NCBI GenBank assembly: GCA_963833055.1
Contig: CAWHWM010000004.1
Coordinates: 253,460-317,459, forward strand
Length of the DNA stretch: 64,000 nt
Direction: 5' to 3'
Source of the DNA: Candidatus Dormiibacterota bacterium
GTDB lineage: Bacteria; Chloroflexota; Dormibacteria; Aeolococcales; Aeolococcaceae
The position numbers and the translations under genes were made by a program. The notes beneath the pieces are model-generated. The model was given only the letters and a program-made list of their open reading frames with translations, did no database searches and had not been told where the DNA came from. Of this stretch, positions 46,804-57,532 are shown one piece after another (positions within the stretch are counted from its first letter, which is position 1; every line of letters begins with the position of its first letter).

Positions 46804-48009
46804 TCAAGTCCGATCGAAGTTTGACGCTTCTGGACCTGCTGCTGTTGGGTCGATCGCACCAGATGAGGCATTTGCCGGTTGTGCACCGACGAACCGTGCG
46901 AGGTCGGCGACGGCGCGCTCTGCAGCGCGTCGAGGCCGCCGGGCTCCGTCCCAGCCCGGTTCCCAGCGGACGCCGATGACGTCGAGACGGCGCGCCGCAC
47001 GATCCACCGAGAGGTCGAAGCGGGCCACGAGCTGATCACCGTGGAGCAGCGGCATGACGAAATATCCCCAGCGCTGCGATTTGGGAACGTAGATCTCGAG
47101 CCTGAACTCGAAGTTCCAGAGCGCCTGCGTCCGCTTGCGATCGCAGACGAGGTTGTCGAACGGCGAGAGCAGGGTGGTCCGTGGTGAGAAAGCCCCCGCC
47201 TCGATCTGTTCGAGGAGCGCGATGTCCTCTGCGTGGACGTACCACCTGTCCCTGATCCCGACGGCGACCGGCACGATCACGCCGTCCGATTCCATGTCCG
47301 CCCAGACGCCGTCGAGGCCGGCATAGCGGCCGCGCAGGAAGTGGTTGCGCACGTGCTGCTTCGTGGCGATGCCCAGGGCTCGCAGCGAGCGGGTGGCGGC
47401 TGCGCGCAGGGCAACGCCACGATCCGGCACGTCGCCGACGGTCGCACCGAACCACCGGTCCGCCTCAGCCCACCGCCGGCCGCCGCCGTCTCGTCCCGCC
47501 GGCACGATCTGCTGGCGGAGCCACAGCAGCCCGAGCGAATCCGAGATCTCGCTGCGCGCACCCCATCCCGACTCGTACTTCTCCGCATGCTCTTCGAAGT
47601 CCGACGCACGCACCGAGTCAGCAGTCGACAGCCGGTCGAGGATGAGCCCGACTGCTCGTGCACGCGATGTCATCCACGTCGTCGTCTGGTGCACGCCACT
47701 GACGCGGGGCGGCAATGCCGCATGCAAGGCGCGGTCATCGGTCGGCACGATCGACGCTTGATGCGCCCAGTACTCGTACAGACGGCGCTCATCCCAGAGC
47801 AGCGTGTCGACGAGTGCGCGGTCAAACGGTCCGAGCCGGCTGAAGAGCACCAGCAGGTGATTCCGGGCGACGATCGCCGTCGGGTCAAGCTGCAGGCAGC
47901 CCAGCGCGCAGACCAGGTCATGGATCACATCCGTCGTCACCCGTGACGGTCGTGGACCGCTGAGATGCTGGCACGTCACGGCGAGACGGCGCGCATTCGC
48001 GAGTGTCAC
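46804..48009 (-). CDS. ycaQ: YcaQ/AlkZ-like winged-helix DNA crosslink glycosylase
   Basis: LQLDP (QxD motif), EYWAH, LLSPFDNLV, FRLEIYVP, R-WGYF. Start uncertain. Confidence 0.8.
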   Translation of the reverse strand: MTLANARRLAVTCQHLSGPRPSRVTTDVIHDLVCALGCLQLDPTAIVARNHLLVLFSRLGPFDRALVDTLLWDERRLYEYWAHQASIVPTDDRALHAALPPRVSGVHQTTTWMTSRARAVGLILDRLSTADSVRASDFEEHAEKYESGWGARSEISDSLGLLWLRQQIVPAGRDGGGRRWAEADRWFGATVGDVPDRGVALRAAATRSLRALGIATKQHVRNHFLRGRYAGLDGVWADMESDGVIVPVAVGIRDRWYVHAEDIALLEQIEAGAFSPRTTLLSPFDNLVCDRKRTQALWNFEFRLEIYVPKSQRWGYFVMPLLHGDQLVARFDLSVDRAARRLDVIGVRWEPGWDGARRPRRAAERAVADLARFVGAQPANASSGAIDPTAAGPEASNFDRT

Positions 48010-48041
48010 CGCTCGCTGCGGCGTTGACGCAGCGATGTGCG

Positions 48042-49163
48042 CTACCCCCAGACCTCGGCAGCGGTCTCGACGATCAGACGGAGCTTCGCCACCTCCTCGT
48101 CGTACGTCAGCACGTTTCCCTCGACGGTGGAGGAGAAGCCGCACTGCGGTGAGAGGCAGAGTTGCTCGAGTGGCACGAACTTCGCGGCCGCTTCGATGCG
48201 ACGTTTGAGGTTGTCCTTCGTCTCCAGCGTGCCGCGTTTCGTCGTGACCAGACCGAGCACAACGTACTTGTCCGGCGGCACGAAGCGGAGCGGTTCGAAT
48301 CCACCGGAGCGCGCGTCGTCGTACTCGAGGAAGAAACCATCGACGCCCAGCTCACCGAACAGCGCCTCGGCGACGAAGTCATAGCTCCCCTCCGCCGCCC
48401 ACGACGACCGGAAGTTGCCGCGGCACATGTGCGTCGTGACGCGCATGCCGGGCGGCTTGGCCGCAAGCACGCGGTTGATGTTCCTGATGTACACCTCGTG
48501 CTGGTGTTCGCGATCGCCGCCGAGCGACGCGATCAGCTCGCGCTGGCGCGGGTCGTTGAGGTATGCAAGGCTCGTGTCGTCGAGCTGGAGATACGTGCAG
48601 CCCAGCTCACCGAGCCTTCGCACCTCCTCCGCGTATGCAGCGGTGAGGTCGTCCCAGAATCCATCGAGGTCCGGGTAGACCGACGCATCGATCGCGGCGC
48701 GACCGCCGCGGTAATGCACCATGCTCGGCGAGGGAATCGTCAGCTTGGGCGTGATCCCGTCGCCGACCGTGCCGGCGAGAAATCGGAAGTGGTCCGCGAA
48801 GATCGTGTCGCGGAGCTGCACGCGCTCCGTGATGCGCAGCGCTGCGGGTGCGAAGTCGAGCGTCCCGCCGTCATTGAAGAACTGGACGTGCAACTTCTCC
48901 TCGGCCTGGGTCACGCCGCCGAGTTGATAGATGAAATCCATGTGCCACGCGGCGCGACGGAACTCCCCGTCGGTTGCGGACTGGAGCCCAACCTCGCGCT
49001 GCATCGCGACAACGTCGCGGATCGCTGCGTCCTCGATCTCCTGCAGCCTCGCGGCCGTGATCGTCCCCGCTGCCTTCTGCGCGCGGGCGTCGGTGAGCGC
49101 AGGTGGGCGGAGAAGGCTTCCGACGTGGTCGGCGCGAAAGGGTGGTTGTGTGCGTCTGCTCAT
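48042..49163 (-). CDS. Cobalamin-independent methionine synthase II family (catalytic domain only)
   Basis: PPFRADHVGSLLRP, TDGEFRR, HMCRGN, LSPQCGF. Confidence 0.92.
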   Translation of the reverse strand: MSRRTQPPFRADHVGSLLRPPALTDARAQKAAGTITAARLQEIEDAAIRDVVAMQREVGLQSATDGEFRRAAWHMDFIYQLGGVTQAEEKLHVQFFNDGGTLDFAPAALRITERVQLRDTIFADHFRFLAGTVGDGITPKLTIPSPSMVHYRGGRAAIDASVYPDLDGFWDDLTAAYAEEVRRLGELGCTYLQLDDTSLAYLNDPRQRELIASLGGDREHQHEVYIRNINRVLAAKPPGMRVTTHMCRGNFRSSWAAEGSYDFVAEALFGELGVDGFFLEYDDARSGGFEPLRFVPPDKYVVLGLVTTKRGTLETKDNLKRRIEAAAKFVPLEQLCLSPQCGFSSTVEGNVLTYDEEVAKLRLIVETAAEVWG

Positions 49164-49274
49164 CGCGAAATGCTCGTCGAGGCAGCGTACCCGATGGGGC
49201 AATTCGAGCGGGGGACCTTCGACGGGACAGACGCATTCGTCGAAGACTCGGATTCCCCTAGGCTTGCGCCGTTC

Positions 49275-49984
49275 ATGTCTGAGCCACCGCGTGACGAGCA
49301 CTCGACCGGCGGCGAGACCCGCAGGATGGCAGAGCGTCGGATCCGTCAATCGCGCGCTGACGATCGGCATCAGCGTCACCCCGTTCGGGTTGTCGTTCGG
49401 GGCCGTGTCAGTCGAGGCGCACCTGAGCCTCATCCAGGTCTGTCTGCTCTCGCTGGTGCTGTTCTCCGGAGCGTCGCAATTTGCGCTCGTGAGCGTCATC
49501 GGCGCCGGTGGGTCGTACTTCTCCGCTGTCGGCACGGCGCTGCTCCTGGGCGTCCGCAACGGGCTGTACGGCGCGCGCATCAACTCGTTGTTGCGTCCTT
49601 CCGGATGGCGTCGCTTTGCTGATGGCGGAGGTGACGATCGACGAAAGCACGGCGATGGCGGTGAGCGAGGCTCCGGCGGGGCATTCGGCTCGTGCGTTCT
49701 GGTCCACGGCGCTCAGCGTCTACGTGCTGTGGAACCTCTCGACCGTCATAGGCGCCCTGATCGGCAATGCCCTGGGGTCGCCGGCCACGACCGGGCTCGA
49801 CGTCGCAGGGCCGGCCGCCTTCATCGCCCTGCTCGCACCGCGTCTGACCACGGCGCGCATGCGCCTCGTCGCGCTCGCCTCCGGCGCGATCGCGCTTGTC
49901 ACCGTGCCGGTCGTGCCGGTGGGTGCGCCGATTCTCATCGGTGGTTTGACAGCCGTCGCGCTGCTGCTGGTGTTCGACCGATGA
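49275..49984 (+). CDS. azlC: AzlC family branched-chain amino acid exporter, probably two +1 frameshifts (about 49340 and 49617)
   Basis: PFGLSFG, FSGASQFA, LGVRNGLYG, then TIDESTAMA and YVLWN in the next frame. Confidence 0.85.
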
Positions 49985-50283
49985 AGCTCTGGGTCGCGGT
50001 GTTGATCGCATCCGCCGGATGCGCGCTCCTGAAGCTCGCGGGATTTGTCGTGCCGGCGCGACTGCTCGAGTCCCCGGTGGCCAAAAGGATTCTCGAGGCG
50101 CTGCCGGTCACGCTGCTGAGCGCGCTCATCGCCGTTTCGGTCTTCGCGACCGGGAGCCACCTGATGCTCGATTCGCGCGCTGCGGGGCTCGCCGTCGCAC
50201 TGATTCTCGTCGCCATTCGGGCACCGTTTCTGGTTGTCGTCGTGGCGGCGTGCGCCACGGCTGCCGGCGTACACGCCCTCTGA
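49981..50283 (+). CDS. azlD: AzlD domain protein
   Basis: ATGA overlap with azlC; CALLKLAG, LPVTLLSALIA; four TM segments. Confidence 0.85.
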   Translation: MKLWVAVLIASAGCALLKLAGFVVPARLLESPVAKRILEALPVTLLSALIAVSVFATGSHLMLDSRAAGLAVALILVAIRAPFLVVVVAACATAAGVHAL

Positions 50284-50326
50284 TCCGACCGACTACACTC
50301 GGGGCCCTTTTACGTGAGGTGTCGAG

Positions 50327-50756
50327 ATGTTCAAGGTTGTCGTGGTGGCCACGGACGGCTCGGAAGCCGGAGATCTGGCAATGTCGTTCGCGAAGGATCT
50401 CGCGGTCGACCAGAAGGCACGACTGCTGGTCGTCTACGTTGACGAGCTCGTGCCTGGACACGGCGGAGCCCACCACGCGCAGGCGCTCGAGCCAGAGATC
50501 AAGGACAAGGTCGCCGACCAGGTAGCGGCTCTGAAAACGGACGGTCTCGACGCAACGTTCGAGGTCCACCAGGTCAGGGTCAGCGGGCCCTGCGCACGCC
50601 ATCGCCGACGCCGCCTCGGACGCCAAGGCGGACCTGATCATCCTCGGCAGTGTCGGGAGCGGGCCGCTCAAGGGTCTGCTCCTCGGCAGCGTTGCGCACC
50701 GCCTCCTCCAGATCGCGCCGTGCCCCGTGCTCGTGGTCCCCGCGCGCTCGAGCTAG
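50327..50756 (+). CDS. Universal stress protein, +1 frameshift near 50588
   Basis: VVVATDGSE, then ADLIILGSVGSGPLKGLLLGSVAHRLLQIAPCPVLVVP in the second frame. Confidence 0.88.
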
Positions 50757-51178
50757 GAGGTTCCGGTCGCCGGCACCTCGCTGAGCTCCAGCAGGTGGCC
50801 GTCAGGGTCGCGGAAGAAACAGCGAACCTCATACCCATGATCGACGGGCGGTGTGAGAAAGACCGCGCCGCGTTCCATCAAGAGTGCGTAGACCCCGCGG
50901 CAGTCGCTCACCCGGAAGGTCATCTCGCTGCTCACCCGGTCCGGCTGTTCCGGCGGAGCAAAGGTGACCGTCGGCTTGTCGGTAGTCGGTCCTCCGCCGG
51001 TGACAAGGAGCAACCACGTGCCGGCGCAGCGGAACACGGCGCTCGTGCCGCCATACTCGCGCACCAGCTCCGCGCCAAGGACATCGCGGTAGAAGGTCAC
51101 GGATCGCGAAAGCTCGGAGACAACGAGCAGGTGGGTGAGCTCAGCGCCGCCCGGAAACTGCGCCGTCGGTTCACTCAC
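50753..51178 (-). CDS. VOC/glyoxalase family protein
   Basis: HLLVVSELSRSVTFYRDVLG and FFRDPDGHLLEL. Confidence 0.9.
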   Translation of the reverse strand: MSEPTAQFPGGAELTHLLVVSELSRSVTFYRDVLGAELVREYGGTSAVFRCAGTWLLLVTGGGPTTDKPTVTFAPPEQPDRVSSEMTFRVSDCRGVYALLMERGAVFLTPPVDHGYEVRCFFRDPDGHLLELSEVPATGTS

Positions 51179-51283
51179 ACCGTCACCCTAGCAGCGGCGA
51201 TGGTGGGCCGCACGACGTCCCGGCAACCTTGTCCCATGAGCGTTCCGTCGTTGGTTTCAAGGGAAAGAGCGGAGTAGGGTGAG

Positions 51284-52243
51284 ATGGTGCACGAGCATCA
51301 TTCGGAGCCGGCCCACTCGCACCCGATCCCCGCGGACGCGGATCAGCGTCCGCTCGTCGTCGCCCTCTGTCTGATCGCGCTCTTCATCGCCGTCGAGGTG
51401 GTCGCGGCGGTGCTCGCCCGCTCGCTGGCGCTCCTCTCCGACGCGGCGCACATGCTCACCGACGTCGCCGCACTTGGCGTATCGCTGGTCGCCCTCCGAC
51501 TCGCGCAGCGCCCGCCAAAAGGCGGCCTGACCTTCGGCCTCAAACGCGCCGAAGTGCTCGCCGCGCTGATCAGCGGAGCGACGCTCCTCGTCCTCGCCGC
51601 CGTCCTCGTCTTCGAGGCGGTGCTGCGCTTCACGAATCCCCTCCCCGTGCAGGGCGTGACAGTGATCGTCATCGCACTCCTGGGAATCGTGGTCAACCTC
51701 GCCGTGACCTACCAGCTCTCACACGCGAGTCGCCGCAGCCTGAACATCGAGGCGAGCTTCCGGCACATCCTCACGGACCTCTACGCCTTCATCGGCACCC
51801 TGATCGCCGGCATCGTGATCGTCGCCACCGGCTTCGAACGAGCCGACGCAATCGCATCAGTGGTGGTCGCCGCCCTCATGGTCTACGCAGGCATCCGCCT
51901 CCTCGGCAAAGCCGGCAGGGTTCTGCTCGAAGCCTCCCCGGCCGACCTGGACCCAGAGGAGATCGGCACCGCACTCGCGGCGCACCCGCACGTCGTCAAC
52001 GTCCACGACCTCCACGTCTGGGAACTGACGTCAGGCTTCCCATCGCTCTCCGCCCATGTCCTCGTCCACCCAAAGGACGACTGCCACGCGATCAGGCTCG
52101 ACCTGGAACGATTCCTGGAGGAGAAGTTCCACATCAAGCACACGACGATGCAGGTAGACCACGCTCCGGACGAATACCTGCACGTAGAACGCCTCGTGCC
52201 AACCAAGGAAAGACAGCCCGCCAAGACAAATCGTCCAGCGTAG
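51284..52243 (+). CDS. Cation diffusion facilitator (CzcD/ZitB-like)
   Basis: His-rich N-terminus, DAAHMLTD, HILTD, HDLHVW, HTTMQ. Confidence 0.93.
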   Translation: MVHEHHSEPAHSHPIPADADQRPLVVALCLIALFIAVEVVAAVLARSLALLSDAAHMLTDVAALGVSLVALRLAQRPPKGGLTFGLKRAEVLAALISGATLLVLAAVLVFEAVLRFTNPLPVQGVTVIVIALLGIVVNLAVTYQLSHASRRSLNIEASFRHILTDLYAFIGTLIAGIVIVATGFERADAIASVVVAALMVYAGIRLLGKAGRVLLEASPADLDPEEIGTALAAHPHVVNVHDLHVWELTSGFPSLSAHVLVHPKDDCHAIRLDLERFLEEKFHIKHTTMQVDHAPDEYLHVERLVPTKERQPAKTNRPA

Positions 52244-52442
52244 AAAACGGCACTAAGCCCGTAAGGCGACAGGGGACGGGCGGCCGCACCCAGCGAATTT
52301 GGTAGCGACCGAGGAGCGCGACAATCAGGCTTGCGCGACGAGGGAGCGGACAAGCCAATTGTCGCGCTCCTCGGCGCTACCAAATGCGCTGGGTGTCGCC
52401 CGTCCCCTGTCGCCTTACAGGCTTAGTGCCGTTTTCTACGCT
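52237..52442. repeat. About 205-bp imperfect palindrome between convergent CDF and nur stop codons
   Basis: Arms 52237-52333 and about 52350-52442 are reverse complements with five discrepancy sites; loose pairing extends to 52219/52456. Confidence 0.95.
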
Positions 52443-52456
52443 CGGACGGCTTGGCG

Positions 52457-52909
52457 CTACCCAGCTTCGACTACCGCTTCGTGCGCGGTGGCGGCGCAAT
52501 CGGCGCACACGCCAAGTACCGCGAAGTGGTACGGGCGGAGTTCGAAGCCGAGCCGGCGCTTGGCGCCTTCTGCCATGGCCGCGAAGAGGTCCTCCGGTGC
52601 CTCGATGGTGGCGCCGCATACCTCGCAGACGAGGTGGCCGTGCGCCTCGGTCGCCAGGTGGTATGTGGCGGCACCGTGTCCGAGGTGCGTGTGGACGACG
52701 ACGCCCAGGCGCTCGAGCTCCTCGAGATTGCGGTAGACGGTCGACGGGTGGACGTCGGGAGCGAGGGCGCGGACCGCGACCAGGAGCTCCTCGGCGGTGG
52801 GGTGGTGCACGCCCTGGACCAGGGCGGTGAGGACCAGCCGGCGGGCGGTGGTCACCCTGGAACCGCCGTCGCGGAGTTGGGCGACGAGTTCTTCGACCGT
52901 GCTGCTCAC
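52457..52909 (-). CDS. nur: Fur-family regulator, Nur-type
   Basis: STVYRNL, VVHTHLGHGAATYHLA, HLVCEVC, YHFA, CADC. The HxH-LGHG segment and distal His match the Streptomyces Nur nickel site as I recall it. Confidence 0.75.
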   Translation of the reverse strand: MSSTVEELVAQLRDGGSRVTTARRLVLTALVQGVHHPTAEELLVAVRALAPDVHPSTVYRNLEELERLGVVVHTHLGHGAATYHLATEAHGHLVCEVCGATIEAPEDLFAAMAEGAKRRLGFELRPYHFAVLGVCADCAATAHEAVVEAG

Positions 52910-53040
52910 TTGTTAAGGATAGCCCTCGTGGCGGCCATCGCCTGGACGGTGCAATTGGCTCCTGGACGCTGTTGCGTGCTGGTCGCGTTTTGATACGCTG
53001 AGCAGGCTTCTGACGTTCCAGGCACATGAGGAGGAAGCGC

Positions 53041-54139
53041 ATGGCCGCCACGACGTCTCGTCTGAGCCGCATCCGTGGCGCGCTGACCCCCCGGGAGTGG
53101 GGCCGGGTCGGCGGCATGTTCGGCTTCATCATCGGGCTCTACGTCGTCGGCTGGGGCGTCTTCATCGTCGCAATCCTGCCCGAGCACTCGAAGTTCCTCG
53201 GGATCGGGGTCGCTGTCACGGCGTACACCCTGGGTCTCCGCCACGCGTTCGACGCTGACCACATCTCGGCCATCGACAACACCACCCGCAAGCTCATGTC
53301 CGAGGGCAAGCGGCCGCTGTCCGTCGGTTTCTGGTTCTCCCTGGGGCACTCGTCGCGTCGTCTTCGGGCTCGGCGTCGGGCTCACCTTCGCGGCCAGGGC
53401 GATCATCAGCCAGGTCAGCAACTCGAACTCGACGATCGAGACGTTCGGCGGCATCATCGGCACGCTCGTCTCGGGGACATTCCTCTATTTGATCGCGATC
53501 CTCAACCTGATCGTGCTTGTCGGGATCATCAAGGTCTTCGTCGAGATGCGACGCGGCCGCTTCAACGATGACGAGCTCGAGCAGCAGCTCAATGCGCGTG
53601 GCCTGATGACGCGGTTCTTCGGCAAGCTCATGCGCTCGATCAAGAGCCCGTGGCAGATGTACCCGGTCGGCATCCTGTTCGGCCTCGGGTTCGACACCGC
53701 CACGGAGGTCGCATTGCTTGCGGCCACCGCGGGCGCAGCGACCGCCGGACTGCCCTGGTACGCGGTCCTGAGCCTGCCGATCCTGTTTGCCGCCGGCATG
53801 GCGACCCTCGACACGCTCGACGGCTCGTTCATGAACTTCGCGTACGGCTGGGCGTTCTCCAAGCCGGTGCGCAAGGTCTACTACAACATCACCATCACTG
53901 GACTCTCGGTCGCTGTGGCGATGCTCATCGGCACGATCGAGATCTTCGGATTGCTCGCCGCGCAGCTGAAACTCTCCGGTGGTTTCTGGGATTTCATGTC
54001 CAGCTTCAACATCAACGAGGCCGGATTCATCATCGTCGGACTCTTTGTGGTGACGTGGGTCGCGGCGCTCGCCATATGGCGTTTCGGCCGCATCGAACAG
54101 CGATGGGAGCGAGCGGCGGAGCTCCGTCGAGCCGCCTGA
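53041..54139 (+). CDS. NiCoT (HoxN/HupN/NixA) high-affinity Ni/Co permease, +1 frameshift near 53357
   Basis: Signature RHAFDADHI, FWFSLGHS, LFGLGFDTATE, TLDTLDG; GAGGAGG RBS. Confidence 0.93.
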
Positions 54140-54149
54140 AGCTCGGTCC

Positions 54150-56687
54150 CTACTCCGCCGCGATGGCTCGGAGGATGTCGACCCGCGCAGCGCGGAACGT
54201 GGGGATGATCGCCGCGACAACTCCGAAGAGCCCGGCTGCCACCGCGTAGAGGATCAGGTTCCCGCCCGGGATCGCGACATTGGTGATCCCGAGGTCGTGC
54301 AACGATCCGGCGACCACGACGCCGAGGCCGAGACCCACGCGAGCCCGAGCACCGCGCCAAGCAGCGAGATGATCACCGACTCCCAGCGCACCATCGACCG
54401 CGTCTGCGATCTGGTCATCCCCAGCGCGCGCAGGACGCCGATCTCGCGAGTGCGCTCGAGCACGCTGAGCGCCAGCGTGTTCGCGATCCCCAGCACCGCG
54501 ATGATGATCGCGAAGGCGAGCAGCGTCGTGATCAGGTTGAGAAAGCTGTCGAGGCCCTGGCCGACGAAGGTTCGATACTGGGAACGGCTCATCGCCATCA
54601 GCAGCGGGAACGCATGCGCATCGTGCTGCAAGGCCGCTTCCGCCGCACCGGCTGACACGCCCGGAGCAGCGTTGGCAAGGACGAACTCATCGCGGGCTGC
54701 TGGAACGTTGGGCTGCACGGTCGCGAGCGAAACGATGTAGCCGCTGACGAGCGCATTCGCCGTGTAGATCCCGCCGATCCGGATTCGTTCGGTCGAACCC
54801 TGCGGGAAGTTGAACGTCACGGTCTGACCCATGTGCACGCCCGACGCCGTCGCCTCCGTCGAATCCACGATTGCGGTATTCGTCGCGCCGATCGACGAGG
54901 CGGCGCCGGAGACCATGTTGAGCGTCAGCACGCTGCCGAGTTCGGTGGGGTCGATGGCCGCGATGCTTTCGGAGCTGCCGCGTATGAGCACAGGCGTCGC
55001 ACGGACCTCGGTGACGTCGGTCAGCTTTGGGTCGTGCGACAGCGCAGTCGCCAGGTCGGTGTTGAAGTCGGGCCCTTGGGCGAACACGATGAAATCGGCG
55101 CGGAGCGTTCCTTCGATGGCGTTGTTCGTCGAGACACGGACGGAGTCGGTGAGCACCGCGACGCACGTCACGAGGGCGAGTCCGATCATCAGCGCTGCTG
55201 CTGTCAGCGCTGTGCGCCGCGGGTTGCGCCGTGCGTTCTCTCCGGCGAGCAATCCGGCCGCACCGCGCAACCGCCGGATCGGCCAGCCGAGCACCGTGGC
55301 GACGGGAACCACCAGCAGTGGGGCGAGCAACGCGACGCCCAGGAACACGCCCAGGAACCCTGCGCCGATCAGTTGCAGCGTGACGCTGTTGGTGGTGAAG
55401 AGCCCGGCGATCAGAGCGGCGCAGCCGAGCAGGAAGATCACCACTCCGACGGCGATGCGGCGGCGCGGCAGGTCCTGCGTCTCGGGCAGTGATTCGGAGA
55501 GGGCCGCAACAGGCGCGATACGGGTTGCGCGACGCGCGGGGAGCGTTGCGGCGATGACCGTGACGATGGTGCCGACGAGCACCGAGATGATGACGGTGCG
55601 CGGGAGCAGCGTGACACTGCTCGTCGCGCTGGAGCCGAACAGCGACAGCAGGGCCTTCGCGATGAGGATGCCCACTCCGAATCCGAGCAGGGACGCGATG
55701 AGCCCGGTGATTGCGGCTTCCACCAGGACTGAGGTCATGACCTGCGCGCGTGTCGCGCCGAGGGCGCGCAGCAGCGCGAGCTCACGAGTCCGCTGCGCCA
55801 CCAGGATGTTGAAGGTATTGATGATCAGGAAGCTGCCGACGAACAGGGAGATGAACGCGAAGACGAGCAACGGCGTGCCGATGAAGGTGCTGATCGTCAA
55901 CTCCGTGCTCTGCTCAGCGGCAGCGGCGGCCTGCTGCCCGGTCTCCGCTTCGGCGTAGCTCGGCAGTGCCGCCGCGATGCGCTCGCGAAGTTGGATGTCC
56001 GTGACTCCGCTCTGCGCGCTGACGAGGATGCTGTCGAACTTGTTGTCACCCTGGAGCACGCGTTCCGCCGTTGCCTGGGTGAAGAGCGCGATGGTTGCTC
56101 CTGCAAGGTTGTCCGAGCTGCCGTAGCCGGCGATGCCGCTGATCGTGAAGTGCTCCTCGACGCCACCGAGGATGACGATGGGCAGGGACTCACCGATCAC
56201 CAGGTCGTTCTTCGACGCCGTTCCTGCATCGATGACGACATCGTCGGGCTGTTCCGGCGGCGTCCCGCTGCGCAGGCGATACGGCGAGATGCTGCTGTCG
56301 GTGATCCAGTTGGCGCCGAAGTTGGGCGGTCCGTTGCCGCCAATCGGTTTGCCGTTGTGGCCGATGAGAGTCGCGCCTTCGCGGAAGATGTCGCCGACAG
56401 CATCCTTGACGCCCGGGACAGCGCGAACTGTGGCGAGCAAGTGAGGTCGGGACGGGGTGGTTCTGCCCGCCACCGATGCCGCCCGAGGATCCGGCGATCG
56501 GATGACCGTGAACGGTCACCGCGACACCGGCGTTCGCCGTCGAGAAGATGCTGGTGAACGTCGCGTTGATCGTGTCGGTGAGGACGAACGTGCCGGCCAC
56601 GAACGAAACGCCGAGGATCACCGCGATGGTCGTGAGCGCCAGGCGGAGCTTGTGCGACAGCAGGCTGCGCAGGCTGACCCCGATCAC
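54150..56687 (-). CDS. FtsX-like ABC permease, two frameshifts (about 56445 and 54340)
   Basis: HKLRLALT, QRTRELALLRALGA, ERTREIGVLRALG; duplicated MacB/FtsX layout. Confidence 0.88.
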
Positions 56688-56708
56688 GTCCGTGCGCCTC
56701 GCGTCCGG

Positions 56709-57483
56709 TCAGTCACCGAGATGACGCATGACGTCGAGCACGCTGTCAGCAGTCGGCGCCTGCATCTCACGCACGACATGGCCGTCGGCGAGGAAGACAA
56801 CTCGGTCCGCATGCGCAGCGGCGATCGGGTCGTGCGTGACCATGATGATCGTCTGCCCCAGCGCCGAAACCGCGTGGCGGAGGAAGTCGAGCAACTCGGT
56901 GCTGGCACGCGAATCGAGGTTGCCGGTCGGCTCGTCAGCGAAGATGATCTCCGGCTGACTCTGCGAGTGCTCGCGCAGCGGCGACACGCTGCTGCTGTCC
57001 TCCCGAGAGCTGATTGGGCCGGTGCTTGAGCCGGTCGCCGAGCCCGGTGATGCGAATCACGTCGGCGAGCGCCGCGGGGTCTGGTTTCTTGCCCGCGATC
57101 GTGAGTGGCAGCACGATGTTGTCGAGCGCCGAGAGGGTGGGCACGAGGTTGAAGGACTGGAAGATGAACCCCACGCGGACGCGCCGCAGCATCGTCAACT
57201 GGCGGTCGCTCAGACTGCCGAGCTCGACGTCGCCGATGTGCACGGTTCCCGACGTCAGCCGGTCGAGGCCGGCGATGCAATGCAACAGCGTCGACTTGCC
57301 GGAACCGGACGGTCCCATGATCGCGCTGAACTGACCCTTGCCGAATGCGATGGTGATGTTGTCGAGCGCTCGCACCAGCGCATCGCCCTTGCCGTACTCC
57401 TTGACGGCATCGGTGGTGCGCGCCGCGATCTCGTGCGAGTCGGATGCGGTGGTGGAAGCTCCCGCCGGGCTGGTCGTCGCCAT
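56709..57483 (-). CDS. ABC ATP-binding protein (LolD/MacB-like), +1 frameshift near 56962
   Basis: GPSGSGKST, LSGGQQQR, then IIFADEPTGNLD and VTH. Confidence 0.9.
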
Positions 57484-57532
57484 TTCGCTGCCAGGGTAGA
57501 CGAAGACCCGTTTGCCGCCGACCGGCGCGGGG

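Noticed and set aside
49164-49274. SAM riboswitch upstream of the MetE-like gene
   Set aside because: Only a short TTCGACG/CGTCGAA inverted repeat; no SAM-I or SAM-IV core motifs recognisable.
52995-53040. NiCo riboswitch (CTGAGCAGGC) upstream of NiCoT
   Set aside because: The downstream conserved junction elements are missing and there is no room before the RBS; that riboswitch class typically controls exporters.
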